Positions 18,519-28,692 are shown, counted from the stretch's first letter. The stretch is 64,000 nucleotides of DNA from an uncultured Dehalococcoidia bacterium (GCA_951812825.1 OX638324.1:2203141-2267140); one strand, 5' to 3'. The notes: generated by a model not told the origin, from the letters alone. Numbers and translations are program-made.

Positions 18519-19949
18519 GTGGTACGACTTTTGTGGAAACATCCCGGTTGCGGCCAACGCGCAGGTATTGAAGTGCTGTACTGGGACTTGATAGACAGAC
18601 TGAAGGGGTTGCTTGAACCTTCCTGTGTGGTGACTGACGAGGCGGAGTTGCGCCGCTATTCCCGGGATGCGCTGAGTCGCAGCCGGGCCTTCGATGCCGC
18701 GCCCCTCCTCGAACGTCGGGGCGATGTGCTGGTGAGGCCGAAGACCACGGAGGAAGTGTCGTGGGTGGTGAAGGCGGCCAGGGATTTCGGCGCTCCCGTT
18801 ATCCCCTATGGAGGCGGCACCGGCGTCATGGGCGGGCTAGCGCCGGTTCGAGGCGGGATCATCGTCGACATGGGGTTGATGAACGGCATCCTGGACGTCA
18901 GTCCAAAGGACATGACGGCCACGGTGGAGGCGGGGGTAATGCTGGAAGATCTGGCGTCGGCGCTGTCCGAGCAGGGCCTTATGCTGGGCCACGACCCCTG
19001 GAGCGTGCCGATCGCCACCGTGGGCGGGGCAATTTCCACCAACGGCGTGGGCTACCGGGCCGCCGCCGTCGGCCCTATGGGCGCGCAGGTGCTGGGGCTG
19101 GAGGTGGTGATGCCCACCGGCCAGGTGATAGCAACCAGAAGCGTCCCGAAAACCTCCAGCGGCCCGAATCTGAACCACCTGTTCATCGGATCGGAAGGGG
19201 TGTTTGGCATCATCACCAGGGCGACGCTGAGGGTGTACCGGCAGCCGGAGGAGCGGGTATTTTCAACGTTCAGGTTTCAGACCTTCGAGGATGGTTTCGG
19301 CGCGGTGTCGGAGATGTTTGCGCTGGGGCTTAGACCCGCAGTGGTGGACCTGGCCGACGACTTCGAGGGAGTCCATCTGTACATGGTATTCGAGGGTTTC
19401 AGGGAGCTGGTGCAGGCTCAGAGGCGTCGTTCGGCGGAAATATGCCTCGGCTGCAAGGGACGGGACATGGGCCCGACGGAGGCCATCCTGTACTGGGACA
19501 CCCGCTACCAGGTGGCGGAGGCTTATCGGGATAGCCTGGCCGATTCCAGCGATGGGGACAAGCCCAGACCTGAGGGCCGATCCTTCGACTATCTGCACGT
19601 GGCGCTGCCGGTGTCGAGGGTGCTGGAGTACCGGCTGCAATGCGAGAAAATCTTCAGGGAGTACGACATTCGGGCGACGGAGTTTGCCATCTGGACGGAG
19701 CCGGAGCTGTTTTCGATGGTGCTGGTGCCGGGGACGGATACCCGGCCTGAGGACATGCCCAAGGCGGTTGAGCAAGCGCTGAAGCTGGCGCAGGACTTTG
19801 GGGGGATTATGGAATACTGCCACGGGGTGGGGGTGAAGCTGGCGCACCTGCTGCCTCGGGAGATGGGCTACAGCCTGGATGTGGTGCGAGCGATGAAGAT
19901 GACCCTGGACCCGCAGAATATCATGAATCCCGGTAAGCTGGGGTTGTAG
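18519..19949 (+). CDS. FAD-linked oxidase (GlcD/D-lactate dehydrogenase-like)
   Basis: FAD_binding_4-like N-terminal half (VVKAARDFGAPVIPYGGGTGVMGG) and FAD-oxidase C-terminal domain. The start is uncertain (alternative GTG 18573). Confidence 0.8.
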   Translation: MVRLLWKHPGCGQRAGIEVLYWDLIDRLKGLLEPSCVVTDEAELRRYSRDALSRSRAFDAAPLLERRGDVLVRPKTTEEVSWVVKAARDFGAPVIPYGGGTGVMGGLAPVRGGIIVDMGLMNGILDVSPKDMTATVEAGVMLEDLASALSEQGLMLGHDPWSVPIATVGGAISTNGVGYRAAAVGPMGAQVLGLEVVMPTGQVIATRSVPKTSSGPNLNHLFIGSEGVFGIITRATLRVYRQPEERVFSTFRFQTFEDGFGAVSEMFALGLRPAVVDLADDFEGVHLYMVFEGFRELVQAQRRRSAEICLGCKGRDMGPTEAILYWDTRYQVAEAYRDSLADSSDGDKPRPEGRSFDYLHVALPVSRVLEYRLQCEKIFREYDIRATEFAIWTEPELFSMVLVPGTDTRPEDMPKAVEQALKLAQDFGGIMEYCHGVGVKLAHLLPREMGYSLDVVRAMKMTLDPQNIMNPGKLGL

Positions 19950-19962
19950 GGGGTCTGAGAGG

Positions 19963-20841
19963 TTAGTGGTTGCGGCGGACGATAACGGTGTCGGTGGGGG
20001 CAAGGGACAGCATTGATGCGGCGTTTCCGTTTTTCAGGGCAATCTCCAGGGTGTCGAAGCTGCCGATGATGGCCAGCAGACCGTCTGCTTCGGCGTAACT
20101 GTCGCTCAGGCCATGGATAACCGTGTCGCCTGCTTCTATCTGGACGTTAAGGAGAGAGGGGCGCCCACAAGGGGCGCCCCTCTGAGGATCGAGGGGAGTG
20201 GTTTCGGGTTTCAGGAGTGACGAGGGGATATCCGTGACGAGGTTGCCGAACCTGTCCACGTGTACGACCCTTCCGCGTAGTAAGTCGCCCCGCCAGTGGG
20301 GCGTTGACATGGGCAGGCAACGGAGGCTATCTACTTCGTCGCCCAACTCCGAGGAGGCCGCGCCCGCGGAGAGGTGGGCTGCAACAGGGGCAAAAATATC
20401 CCGGCCGTGGAAGGTGTGGCTGAGAGGCTGAAGCCAGTAGTTTGCGTTGGTCAGGTGGTAGGCCCTCCAGCCGGCTGGCAGTTCAACGGAGCCGCCCTCT
20501 GTCGAGGGCAGGTCCAGTCCGTGAATAAGGACGTGGGTGAGGAGGCCGTTGTCGGGGGCGAGGAAGCGTCCCACAGGCGTTTCCAGCAGGATGGCGCGTC
20601 TATTTGTGCCGACGCCGGGGTCCACGACTGCCACGTGGATGGCGTTCCTGGGAAAGTAGCGGTGGCTGTGGTGGAGGAGGAAAGAGCCTTGCAGGACGTT
20701 TTGGGGCGTCACGCCGTGGGTGACGTCAACTATCTCGGCGCTGGGGTTGATGCGTAGGATGACGCCCTTCATCAAGCCGACGTAGGGGTCCTGAAGACCG
20801 AAGTCCGTCGTCAGGGTGATGACGGGACTGGGAGAGGGCAA
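19963..20841 (-). CDS. SAM hydrolase / SAM-dependent halogenase family protein (DUF62, SAM hydroxide adenosyltransferase)
   Basis: ITLTTDFGLQDPYVGLMKGVI...HVAVVDPGVGT...FLAPDNGLLT...FHGRDIFAP are DUF62 hallmarks. Confidence 0.8.
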   Translation of the reverse strand: MPSPSPVITLTTDFGLQDPYVGLMKGVILRINPSAEIVDVTHGVTPQNVLQGSFLLHHSHRYFPRNAIHVAVVDPGVGTNRRAILLETPVGRFLAPDNGLLTHVLIHGLDLPSTEGGSVELPAGWRAYHLTNANYWLQPLSHTFHGRDIFAPVAAHLSAGAASSELGDEVDSLRCLPMSTPHWRGDLLRGRVVHVDRFGNLVTDIPSSLLKPETTPLDPQRGAPCGRPSLLNVQIEAGDTVIHGLSDSYAEADGLLAIIGSFDTLEIALKNGNAASMLSLAPTDTVIVRRNH

Positions 20842-20851
20842 GGCCGCGTCC

Positions 20852-21067
20852 CTAGATCAGCCTCACTCTGATAATAGAGACGACAATGAAGATGAGCACG
20901 AGGGCAATTGTTGACCGGAACAGTACCAGTTCCACACCGCGGCGCACCCGGAAAGTGGAGTTGGCGCTGCCGAAAAGACCGCTGCCCAGGTCCCTCACCT
21001 GAAAGAGGATAACCAGCACGAGGGTCACGGAGATGATTATCTGAATGAAGTTAAGGATGGTTTCCAA
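20852..21067 (-). CDS. secG: Preprotein translocase subunit SecG
   Basis: 71 aa, two TM helices with the glycine-rich loop LFQVRDLGSGLFGSANS. Confidence 0.7.
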   Translation of the reverse strand: METILNFIQIIISVTLVLVILFQVRDLGSGLFGSANSTFRVRRGVELVLFRSTIALVLIFIVVSIIRVRLI

Positions 21068-22573
21068 CTAAGCGCTCCCGTTGGTATTTTGTAGGTTGCT
21101 GAGTTTCTGCTGCATAAGCTTGTTGGCCATGGCGGGATTGGCCTTCCCGCGGGTGATACGCATCACCTGACCGACGAGGAACTTGGCGGCGGTCTCTCTG
21201 CCGCCAAGGTAGTCCTGAACTGCCTTGGGGTTCTGGTCGAGGGCCTCCTGAACAGCCCGCTCGACCACGGATGAATCACTAATCTGCAAGTAGCCCTCAT
21301 CTTTGACGATGAGCTTCGGGGCCTTGCCTGTCTCGAAGGCCTTCTGGAGTACGGTCTTGGCGAGGGAGTTGCTGAGGTCGCCGGACTCCACCAGGTCTGA
21401 AAGCTGGCCGAGATGGGCGGGCTTCAGTAGAGACTCGTCTATGGCGACGAGGCCGTGGTCGAGCAGTCTGGAAACTTCGCCCAGCATCCAGTTGCTGACC
21501 CGTTTGGCTCTGTGTTCGGACGCGCCTGTTTTGTCGTTCACCGCCTCCTCGAAGAACTCGGCGGAGGACCGGCTGGCGGAGAGAAGGCCGGCGTCGTAGA
21601 GAGGCAGCCCGTACTGGCTGACGAATCTGTTGCGACGCTGGGCGGGCAGTTCCGGCAGGGACGCCCGGATCTCCTCCACCCACATGGGGTCTGGCAGAAG
21701 TTCGGGCAGGTCCGGCTCGGGGAAGTAGCGATAGTCGTGGGCGTGTTCTTTGCTGCGCTGGCTGACGGTGACGGCGCGATCTTCCTGCCAGCCGCGGGTC
21801 TCCTGGACGATGCGGCCGCCGTCTTCGACCACGCGCCGCTGTCGTTCCACCTCGTACTCCAGGGCGCTGAATACGGAGCGGAAGCTGTTCACGTTCTTGA
21901 TTTCGGTGCGGGTCGCAAGCTCGATGTCGCCCATGGGGCGGATGCTCACGTTGGCGTCGCAGCGGAAGTTTCCCTCCTCCATGTTGCCGGTGGAAACGCC
22001 GATATAGCGCAGGATGGAGCGGAGGGTGGTCAGGTACTGTCGAGCCTCCTCTGGGGAGCGGATGTCCGGTTCGCTGACTATCTCCATGAGGGGCACGCCG
22101 GAGCGGTTCACGTCCACCAGGCTGAAGGTCTCGCCGGTGGAGTTGCGGACGTGGGTTAGCTTGGCCACGTCCTCCTCCATGTGGACGCGGGTAATGCCGA
22201 TGGTGCGCTTTTCGCCGTTGGTCTCCACGTCGAGATGTCCCGCGTAGGCGATGGGCATGTCGTATTGGGAGATCTGATAGCCCTTCATCAGGTCGGGATA
22301 GGCGTAGTTCTTCCGGTCGAACTTGGTGCGGGTGGCGATGTTGCAGTTGAGGGCGAGGCCGGTGGCGATGGCGTACTCGACGGCCTTCTTGTTGATGACG
22401 GGGAGCACACCGGGCATTCCCAGGCAAACGGGACAGACCAGGGAGTTGGGTTCCGCGCCCTGGTAGTCTGACCGGCAGGAGCAGAACATCTTGCTCCTGG
22501 TCTTCAACTGGACGTGGACTTCCAGTCCGATGACAGTCTCGTATATTGTGGGGGCCGTTGTGGTCACGTTCAC
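21068..22573 (-). CDS. gatB: Asp/Glu-tRNA amidotransferase subunit B
   Basis: YETVIGLEVHVQL, CPVCLGMPGVLPV, and a GatB/YqeY C-terminal domain. Confidence 0.95.
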   Translation of the reverse strand: MNVTTTAPTIYETVIGLEVHVQLKTRSKMFCSCRSDYQGAEPNSLVCPVCLGMPGVLPVINKKAVEYAIATGLALNCNIATRTKFDRKNYAYPDLMKGYQISQYDMPIAYAGHLDVETNGEKRTIGITRVHMEEDVAKLTHVRNSTGETFSLVDVNRSGVPLMEIVSEPDIRSPEEARQYLTTLRSILRYIGVSTGNMEEGNFRCDANVSIRPMGDIELATRTEIKNVNSFRSVFSALEYEVERQRRVVEDGGRIVQETRGWQEDRAVTVSQRSKEHAHDYRYFPEPDLPELLPDPMWVEEIRASLPELPAQRRNRFVSQYGLPLYDAGLLSASRSSAEFFEEAVNDKTGASEHRAKRVSNWMLGEVSRLLDHGLVAIDESLLKPAHLGQLSDLVESGDLSNSLAKTVLQKAFETGKAPKLIVKDEGYLQISDSSVVERAVQEALDQNPKAVQDYLGGRETAAKFLVGQVMRITRGKANPAMANKLMQQKLSNLQNTNGSA

Positions 22574-22686
22574 TCTCTCGTTGGGGTGGGGAAACGCCTA
22601 TGCAAGTATATCAATCCAAGGGGAGAGGCTTCAATGGATTCCCATAAGATGGGCTAACACTCGATTCTTGTGAGGCGATAGCTACC

Positions 22687-23355
22687 CTATAGGCCATGCT
22701 GCCCAGAGGACGGGGGCCAAGCTTCCTCGCCTACGAGGGGTACGAAACGGCAGCCGCCTCTGTACTTGATGGACAGACCCTCGCCCGTTCTGATGGCAAG
22801 CGCGAGTTCCTGGTTCTCACGGCTGCCTACGGGGATGACCAGCCTGCCGCCAACGGCTAGCTGGTCGACGAGGGAGTGGGGCAACCGGGGTGCGGCGGCG
22901 GTGACGAGGATGGCGTCGAAGGGGGCTTTTTCGGGACACCCGAGGGTGGGGCCGGACTCCAATGCCCGGACGTTGGTCAGGCCCAGGAAGCGGAGCATTT
23001 CGTCGGCGTGGCGCGCCAGGGCGGGTATGCGCTCAACGGTTACCACGGAGCCCCGGCGGGCCAGCAATGCGAGGACGGCGGCCTGATACCCGCTGCCCGT
23101 TCCCACCTCCAGCACCCGGTCCGTGGGGGTGGGCCGGAGGACGCTGGTCATGTGGGCCGTCATCAGAGGTTGGGAGATGGTCTGGCCGAAGCCGATGGGC
23201 AGGGGCTCATTGGTGTAGGCGCGGTGGCGGAGTCCCGGCGGGACGAACAGTTCGCGAGGGACCTCGGCCATAGCCGTGAGCACGGGGCTGTCGCGGACCT
23301 GGCCGCTCAGCCTCAGAAAGAGGGCGTCCTTGGCGTCTGATAATCGGCGGGTCAT
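22687..23355 (-). CDS. pcm: Protein-L-isoaspartate O-methyltransferase
   Basis: GQTISQPLMTAHM and VLEVGTGSGYQAAVLA (SAM-binding motif). Confidence 0.9.
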   Translation of the reverse strand: MTRRLSDAKDALFLRLSGQVRDSPVLTAMAEVPRELFVPPGLRHRAYTNEPLPIGFGQTISQPLMTAHMTSVLRPTPTDRVLEVGTGSGYQAAVLALLARRGSVVTVERIPALARHADEMLRFLGLTNVRALESGPTLGCPEKAPFDAILVTAAAPRLPHSLVDQLAVGGRLVIPVGSRENQELALAIRTGEGLSIKYRGGCRFVPLVGEEAWPPSSGQHGL

Positions 23356-23417
23356 GGCTCCTGGCTAGGGGATGATGAATCTTCCCTGCTTCAGTATACA
23401 CGGTTGAGGGGATAGTT

Positions 23418-24515
23418 TTGGTACAATTGAATAAATCGTCAGGGAGGACCGCACTAAACTTGGATCCATCCGTCACGAAAACAGCCAAAGCAACCGCTAT
23501 CAGCAACTCTCCGTCGGACATGGACATCCTCGACCGGAAGCTGCTGAACATCATCCAGTCGGGGTTTCCGTTGGTGGACGAGCCTTACGTACAGATAGGC
23601 GAGGAGCTGGGCATCGACGAAGCTGCCGTCCTGGAGCGCATTGCCCGTCTGCGGAAGATCAACGTGGTGCGGCAGATAAGCGCCATCTTCGACACCAGAC
23701 GCCTGGGATACAAGACAACGTTGGTGGCTATGGCGTTTCCGCGTGAAGCACTGCACAACGCTGCACTCGTCATAAACGAGCACCCCGGCGTGAGCCACAA
23801 CTACGCCCGGGAGGGTTCCTATTACAACCTGTGGTTCACTCTGGCAGTAGCGCCCAACGAGGACTTGGAGGAGACGGTGAACGGGATGGCAGCACGTACG
23901 GCGGCACTCCAACACCGCCTGATGCCGACTATCCGGTTCTTCAAGATTGGTGTCAATTTCGACATGGTGAACCGAAAGAGCGCGGCCTTCAACTACAGTC
24001 CCGATGGGTACGACAAGGGTGTGTCTAAGGACTGGAACAAGGCGGTGGCCCTCTCGGAGTTCGACATTCGCGTCATCCGGGAGCTTCAGGAAGACCTGCC
24101 CATGATCTCTCGTCCCTTCGACGCCATGGCAGAACGCTTGGGGCTTTCCAATGACGAGATGTACCGGACAGCCGCCGACTTTCAGAAACGGGGATTCATG
24201 CGCCGATACAGCGCCGTGCTGCATCACCGCAGGGCGGGCTTTCGGGCCAACGCCATGGCCGTCTGGAAGGTCGACGAGGAGCGGGCCGAGGAGGTGGGTC
24301 AGATAATGGCGTCCCATCCCACCGTCACTCATTGCTACCAGCGTCCGACGTTTCCAGACTGGCCCTATACCCACTTCACTATGATCCACGCCACCACTCC
24401 GGAGGGCTGCGAGGAGTCGGTGACGGAGATTGCCGAGGCTACGGGGTTGGACGAGTATCTGCTTCTCTACAGCACCCGGGAGTACAAGAAGACTCGCGTT
24501 CGGTACTTTGTCTGA
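23418..24515 (+). CDS. Fused double AsnC/Lrp-like protein, siroheme decarboxylase type (AhbA-AhbB / NirD-NirL like)
   Basis: Two tandem HTH plus AsnC-type ligand-domain repeats (LDRKLLNIIQSGFPLVDEPY... and FDIRVIRELQEDLPMISRPF...). Adjacent to sirC/hemC/cobA-hemD/hemB. The real start may be ATG 23520. Confidence 0.65.
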   Translation: MVQLNKSSGRTALNLDPSVTKTAKATAISNSPSDMDILDRKLLNIIQSGFPLVDEPYVQIGEELGIDEAAVLERIARLRKINVVRQISAIFDTRRLGYKTTLVAMAFPREALHNAALVINEHPGVSHNYAREGSYYNLWFTLAVAPNEDLEETVNGMAARTAALQHRLMPTIRFFKIGVNFDMVNRKSAAFNYSPDGYDKGVSKDWNKAVALSEFDIRVIRELQEDLPMISRPFDAMAERLGLSNDEMYRTAADFQKRGFMRRYSAVLHHRRAGFRANAMAVWKVDEERAEEVGQIMASHPTVTHCYQRPTFPDWPYTHFTMIHATTPEGCEESVTEIAEATGLDEYLLLYSTREYKKTRVRYFV

Positions 24516-25158
24516 GTCTTCTTTCCCCACCTATTATCCCGTTTTCCTCAGTCTGAAGGGGAGGCGGTGTGTTGTGGTGGGGGGCGGGCCAATTGCCGAG
24601 GGCAAGGTTCGAAATCTGATGAAGCATCCCTGTGAGGTCGTGCTCATCAGCCCCGATGCTACGGATGCGCTGACAGAGTGGGCTGTGGATGGGCGTTTCG
24701 AGTGGAAGCGGCGGGAATATCGTGAAGGTGACCTGAAAGGCGCGTTTCTGGCCATCGGAGCTACGGGAGTCCTGGAGGTGGACAGGCTCATGGCGGAGGA
24801 AGCGGAACGAGAACGGGTGCTGCTTAACGTGGTGGACTACGTGCCCTTATGCATGTTTATCGCGCCGTCTATCGTCGAACGGGGGCCTGTGACGTTTGCC
24901 ATTTCCACGTCGGGGGCGAGCCCCGCCCTGGCCCGCAAGCTGCGGGAGTCCATGCAGGAGAACGAACTGCTTGACTACGCCGAGATTGCCGGGCTGCTGT
25001 CGAAGGCGCGCATGGAGGTGAAGCGGCGCGGATGGAAGATCCCGCCCGACCGGTGGCAGGAGGTCATCGACAGAAAGTTGGTCGAAGCGGTGCGTGAGGG
25101 TCGGGAAGCGGAAGCGTTGAAGGATATCCTGCGAAAGCTGTCCGGCGAGGAATCGTAG
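24508..25158 (+). CDS. sirC: Precorrin-2 dehydrogenase / sirohydrochlorin ferrochelatase (SirC/Met8-like)
   Basis: YPVFLSLKGRRCVVVGGGPIAEGKV Rossmann N-terminus. A TTG start at 24508 is proposed. The ORF-track start at 24430 lies inside the preceding gene. Confidence 0.75.
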   Translation: MSESSFPTYYPVFLSLKGRRCVVVGGGPIAEGKVRNLMKHPCEVVLISPDATDALTEWAVDGRFEWKRREYREGDLKGAFLAIGATGVLEVDRLMAEEAERERVLLNVVDYVPLCMFIAPSIVERGPVTFAISTSGASPALARKLRESMQENELLDYAEIAGLLSKARMEVKRRGWKIPPDRWQEVIDRKLVEAVREGREAEALKDILRKLSGEES

Positions 25159-26075
25159 TGAAAAGGGTGGTGATCGGGACTCGGGGGACGCCGCTGGCGC
25201 TGCTTCAGACGCAAGAAGTTGTGGACAAGCTGCGTGAGAAGCGCCCGGAGGTGGAGTTCGAGGTGAAGGTGCTGCGGACGGCGGGAGACCGGGCTGCGGA
25301 AGCCCCCCTCCGCAGCCTGGGGGTGGGCATATTCGTCAAGGAGATTGAGGAGGCGCTGCTGCGGGGGGAAATCGCCATGGCCGTTCACAGCCACAAGGAC
25401 CTGCCGCCCAAGCTGGCTCCGGGGTTGACCATCGGCGCTGTTACGGAGCGTCTGGACCCACGGGACGCGCTGGTGAATCGTTGGAACGCAAACCTGGAAG
25501 ACCTGCCCAACGGGGCGAGAATCGGCACCAGCAGCCCCAGACGGGCAGCCCAACTCAAGAGATGGGCGCCGCAGGTGGAGGTTCTGCCCGTGCGGGGCAG
25601 CGTGGGCACCCGCATTGAGAAGGCCACGGGGGATGACTACGACGGGGTGGTGCTGGCGGCAGCGGGGATGATCCGGCTGGGCGTTGAGGATGGCGTGTCC
25701 CAGTATTTACCTGCTGATAAGTTCGTGCCCGCGCCGGGCCAGGGCGCGCTGGCGGTAGAGGTACGAACGGATGACGACGCAACTTCCTGGTTGTTGCGGG
25801 GCATCGTCCACGCACCGACGCGCCGGGCAGTGATGGCGGAGATGGCCTTCCTGGAGCGGTTGGGCAGCGGATGCCAGGAGCCATCGGCGGCCTACGCGCG
25901 AGTTGCGGGAGAAACTATGGTGATGCAGGCGTTTCTGGCTTCCACGGATGGTAAGCAGTCCTACTATACGAAGGCGCGGGGTCTGGCCTCGAATCCCCAC
26001 GAACTGGCGATGGAGGCTGTGCAGCAGCTCATCGAAAGAGGCGCCGGCGACCTGGTGCCGGGAAGCGGCCGGTGA
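25158..26075 (+). CDS. hemC: Hydroxymethylbilane synthase (porphobilinogen deaminase)
   Basis: IGTRGTPLALLQT..., HSHKDLP, and a cofactor-Cys region (LGSGCQEP). Confidence 0.9.
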   Translation: MKRVVIGTRGTPLALLQTQEVVDKLREKRPEVEFEVKVLRTAGDRAAEAPLRSLGVGIFVKEIEEALLRGEIAMAVHSHKDLPPKLAPGLTIGAVTERLDPRDALVNRWNANLEDLPNGARIGTSSPRRAAQLKRWAPQVEVLPVRGSVGTRIEKATGDDYDGVVLAAAGMIRLGVEDGVSQYLPADKFVPAPGQGALAVEVRTDDDATSWLLRGIVHAPTRRAVMAEMAFLERLGSGCQEPSAAYARVAGETMVMQAFLASTDGKQSYYTKARGLASNPHELAMEAVQQLIERGAGDLVPGSGR

Positions 26076-26130
26076 ACTCTTTTTCGTTTCACACCCCCTC
26101 TTCGCGTATAACGACTATCGACCCTCCACG

Positions 26131-27678
26131 ATGGAGTTTTCGCCAATGGTAGAGTCCTTGGGTGTGGTGTCGCTGGTGGGGGCCGGCCCCGGAGACCCGG
26201 GGTTAATTACCATCAAAGGCTTGCAGCGTCTACGGGAAGCCGACGTGGTGGCCTATGACCGGCTGGTGGACCGCCGGCTGCTGGAAGAGGCCCGCAAAGA
26301 CGCAGAGCTTATCGACGTGGGGAAGCAGGCGGGCCAGAGCGGCGCGGGACAGAGGAGCATCCATACCGTCCTGATTGACAAAGCCCACGAGGGGAAGCGG
26401 GTGGTGAGGCTCAAAGGGGGAGATCCCTTCGTTTTCGGCAGAGGCGGCGAGGAAGCGCAGGTGCTTGCAATGGCGGGGATACCTTTCGAGGTGGTGCCCG
26501 GCGTCACCGCCGCCGTGGCCGCACCCGCATACGCAGGGATACCCCTCACCCACCGAGAGGCCGCGTCTTCGTTTACCGTGGTCAGCGCCGTCGAGGATGC
26601 AGCAAAAAAGGAGTCCGCAATCCCCTGGGGTACGCTCGCCCGGACGGGAGGAACCCTGGTGGTGATGATGGGCTGGGGGACGCTGCCGAGGGTGGTGGAG
26701 AGGCTGCTGGGGGGAGGTATGCCGTCGTCAATGCCGGCCGCGGTGGTTCAGTGGGGGACGGAACCGTACCAGAAAACAGTGGCGGGGAACCTGGAGAACA
26801 TCGTCGAGAGGGCAAGGGCCGCAGACCTGGGCCCGCCGGTGGTGGCGGTCATCGGGCGAGTGGTGGCGCTGCGGGAAGATATCGGGTGGTACGAGGAGAA
26901 GCCGCTATTCGGCAAGCGGGTGCTGGTCACGCGTTCCAGGACCCAGGCGTCTGTGCTGAGCCGGATGCTCGCCGATGAGGGAGCGGAGGCCATAGAGGTG
27001 CCGACCATAGAGATTGCGCCGCCGGAGGATTTTTCATCCCTAGACGAGGCTTTGCGCGATCTTGTGAGCTTCGGCTGGGTGGTGTTCACCAGCGTGAACG
27101 GCGTGGCGGCGTTCTTCAACAGGCTGAACAAGCTGGGCATGGACGCTCGAGCTCTTGGCAGCAGCCGGATCTGCGCCATCGGGCCGATTACGGCCTCCGC
27201 CCTTGAACAGCGGGGGGTCGTCCCCGACTTTACGCCTCACAGATACACCACGGAGCGGCTGGTGCAGGGGCTGTCGGAGCATGGCGTTGCGGGCGCACGG
27301 GTGCTGATGCCGCGCACGAACATTGCGCCGGAGGACGCGGCGCGGGCGTTGGAGAGCCTGGGTGCGCAGGTGGTCCAGCCCATCGCCTACCGCACGTTGA
27401 CGCCTGCAGGTTCGTCGGAGAAGGCCAGGGAGCTACTGGGCCGTGGTAAAATTGACATAGCGACCTTCACCAGTTCCTCCACAGTTCAGAACCTGATTGA
27501 GCTACTTGATGGAGACTCTTCGGCCTTGAAGGACGTGTTGATAGCCTGCATAGGCCCGGTGACGGCGCTAAAGGCGCGGGAGCTGGGCCTGAAAGTGGAC
27601 GTGGTGGCCCGTCGACACACAGTGGCGGGCCTGGTGAATGCGTTGAAAGACTACCTGGATTCTAATTCGGAGGCTTAA
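26131..27678 (+). CDS. cobA/hemD: Fused uroporphyrinogen-III C-methyltransferase / uroporphyrinogen-III synthase
   Basis: N-terminal [18 protein letters not shown]...[16 protein letters not shown] (SUMT) and C-terminal HemD-like half (KRVLVTRSR...VFTSVNGV). ATG at 26131. Confidence 0.9.
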   Translation: MEFSPMVESLGVVSLVGAGPGDPGLITIKGLQRLREADVVAYDRLVDRRLLEEARKDAELIDVGKQAGQSGAGQRSIHTVLIDKAHEGKRVVRLKGGDPFVFGRGGEEAQVLAMAGIPFEVVPGVTAAVAAPAYAGIPLTHREAASSFTVVSAVEDAAKKESAIPWGTLARTGGTLVVMMGWGTLPRVVERLLGGGMPSSMPAAVVQWGTEPYQKTVAGNLENIVERARAADLGPPVVAVIGRVVALREDIGWYEEKPLFGKRVLVTRSRTQASVLSRMLADEGAEAIEVPTIEIAPPEDFSSLDEALRDLVSFGWVVFTSVNGVAAFFNRLNKLGMDARALGSSRICAIGPITASALEQRGVVPDFTPHRYTTERLVQGLSEHGVAGARVLMPRTNIAPEDAARALESLGAQVVQPIAYRTLTPAGSSEKARELLGRGKIDIATFTSSSTVQNLIELLDGDSSALKDVLIACIGPVTALKARELGLKVDVVARRHTVAGLVNALKDYLDSNSEA

Positions 27679-27685
27679 GCCGATA

Positions 27686-28666
27686 ATGTCGCCATCTACC
27701 ACAACGCGGCTGCGAAGATTGAGGGAGACAAACTCCCTCCGGTCCATGGTGCGGGAGACCAGTCTGGCCGTATCCCACCTCATCTATCCCATCTTCGTTA
27801 CCCATGGCCGGGACAAACGGGAGCCGGTTGACCCCATGCCCGGCTCGTATCATCTGTCGCTGGACAAGCTGCTGGACGAGGTGGACGAAGTTGCAGAACT
27901 GGGCATTCCGGGCGTCATCCTGTTCGGCCTGCCGGCGCGCAAGGACGCGGTTGGGTCGGAAGCGTACGACAGCGGCGGCATCATCCAGGAAGCCATCCGC
28001 GTAATCAAGAAGACCATTCCCAACCTGATGGTGATTACGGACGTTTGCCTCTGCCAATACACCAACCACGGGCACTGCGGCGTCATCAGCAATGGACGGA
28101 TAGATAATGACGCCACCGTTGAACTCTATGCGAAAACGGCGGTTTCTCATGCGGAAGCAGGCGCTGACATGGTGGCCCCCTCGGGCATGATGGACGGACA
28201 GGTGGCGGCCATCCGGGACGGGCTGGACGATGGAGGGTTCGGGCATCTGCCCATCATGGCCTACGCTGCCAAGCACGCCTCCGCCTTCTACGGCCCCTTC
28301 CGGGTGGCGGCGGACTCGGCACCACAGTCCGGTGACAGGCGCAGCTATCAGATGGACCCCGCCAACGGACGGATGGCGCTGCGGGAGATTCAGGCGGACA
28401 TCGACGAAGGGGCGGACATCGTGATGGTGAAGCCCGCGCTGGCCTACCTGGACGTCATTGCCCGGGCGAGGGACAGGTTCGACCATCCCATCGCCGCCTA
28501 CAACGTGAGCGGGGAGTATTCGCTGGTGAAGGCCGCCGCCGCCAACGAGTGGATAAACGAAGAGCAGGTGACGCTGGAGTTGCTGACGGGCATCCGTAGG
28601 GCGGGGGCTGACATGATCATCACCTACCATGCCAAGGACGCCGCCCGCTGGCTCCAACACGCTTAG
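27686..28666 (+). CDS. hemB: Porphobilinogen synthase (ALA dehydratase)
   Basis: [28 protein letters not shown], and active-site lysine context. The [10 protein letters not shown] segment indicates a Zn-type enzyme. Confidence 0.95.
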   Translation: MSPSTTTRLRRLRETNSLRSMVRETSLAVSHLIYPIFVTHGRDKREPVDPMPGSYHLSLDKLLDEVDEVAELGIPGVILFGLPARKDAVGSEAYDSGGIIQEAIRVIKKTIPNLMVITDVCLCQYTNHGHCGVISNGRIDNDATVELYAKTAVSHAEAGADMVAPSGMMDGQVAAIRDGLDDGGFGHLPIMAYAAKHASAFYGPFRVAADSAPQSGDRRSYQMDPANGRMALREIQADIDEGADIVMVKPALAYLDVIARARDRFDHPIAAYNVSGEYSLVKAAAANEWINEEQVTLELLTGIRRAGADMIITYHAKDAARWLQHA

Positions 28667-28669
28667 ACC

Positions 28670-28692
28670 TCCTCTCCCTTGATGGGAGAGGA
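28670..28692. terminator. Hairpin between convergent hemB and LLM oxidoreductase genes (possible bidirectional terminator; repeat family with 14544-14566)
   Basis: Stem CCTCTCCC / GGGAGAGG (plus a T-A closing pair), loop TTGAT. No clear U-tract. Confidence 0.4.

Noticed and set aside
21297-22427. 376-aa Arg/Pro-rich ORF on the gatB strand in another frame, plus several plus-strand ORFs in the same span
   Set aside because: These are alternative-frame artefacts of a GC-rich gene. gatB homology is unambiguous in its own frame.
27662-28660. 332-aa minus-strand ORF opposite hemB
   Set aside because: It is an antisense open frame typical of high-GC coding DNA. It resembles no protein family I know, and hemB is certain.
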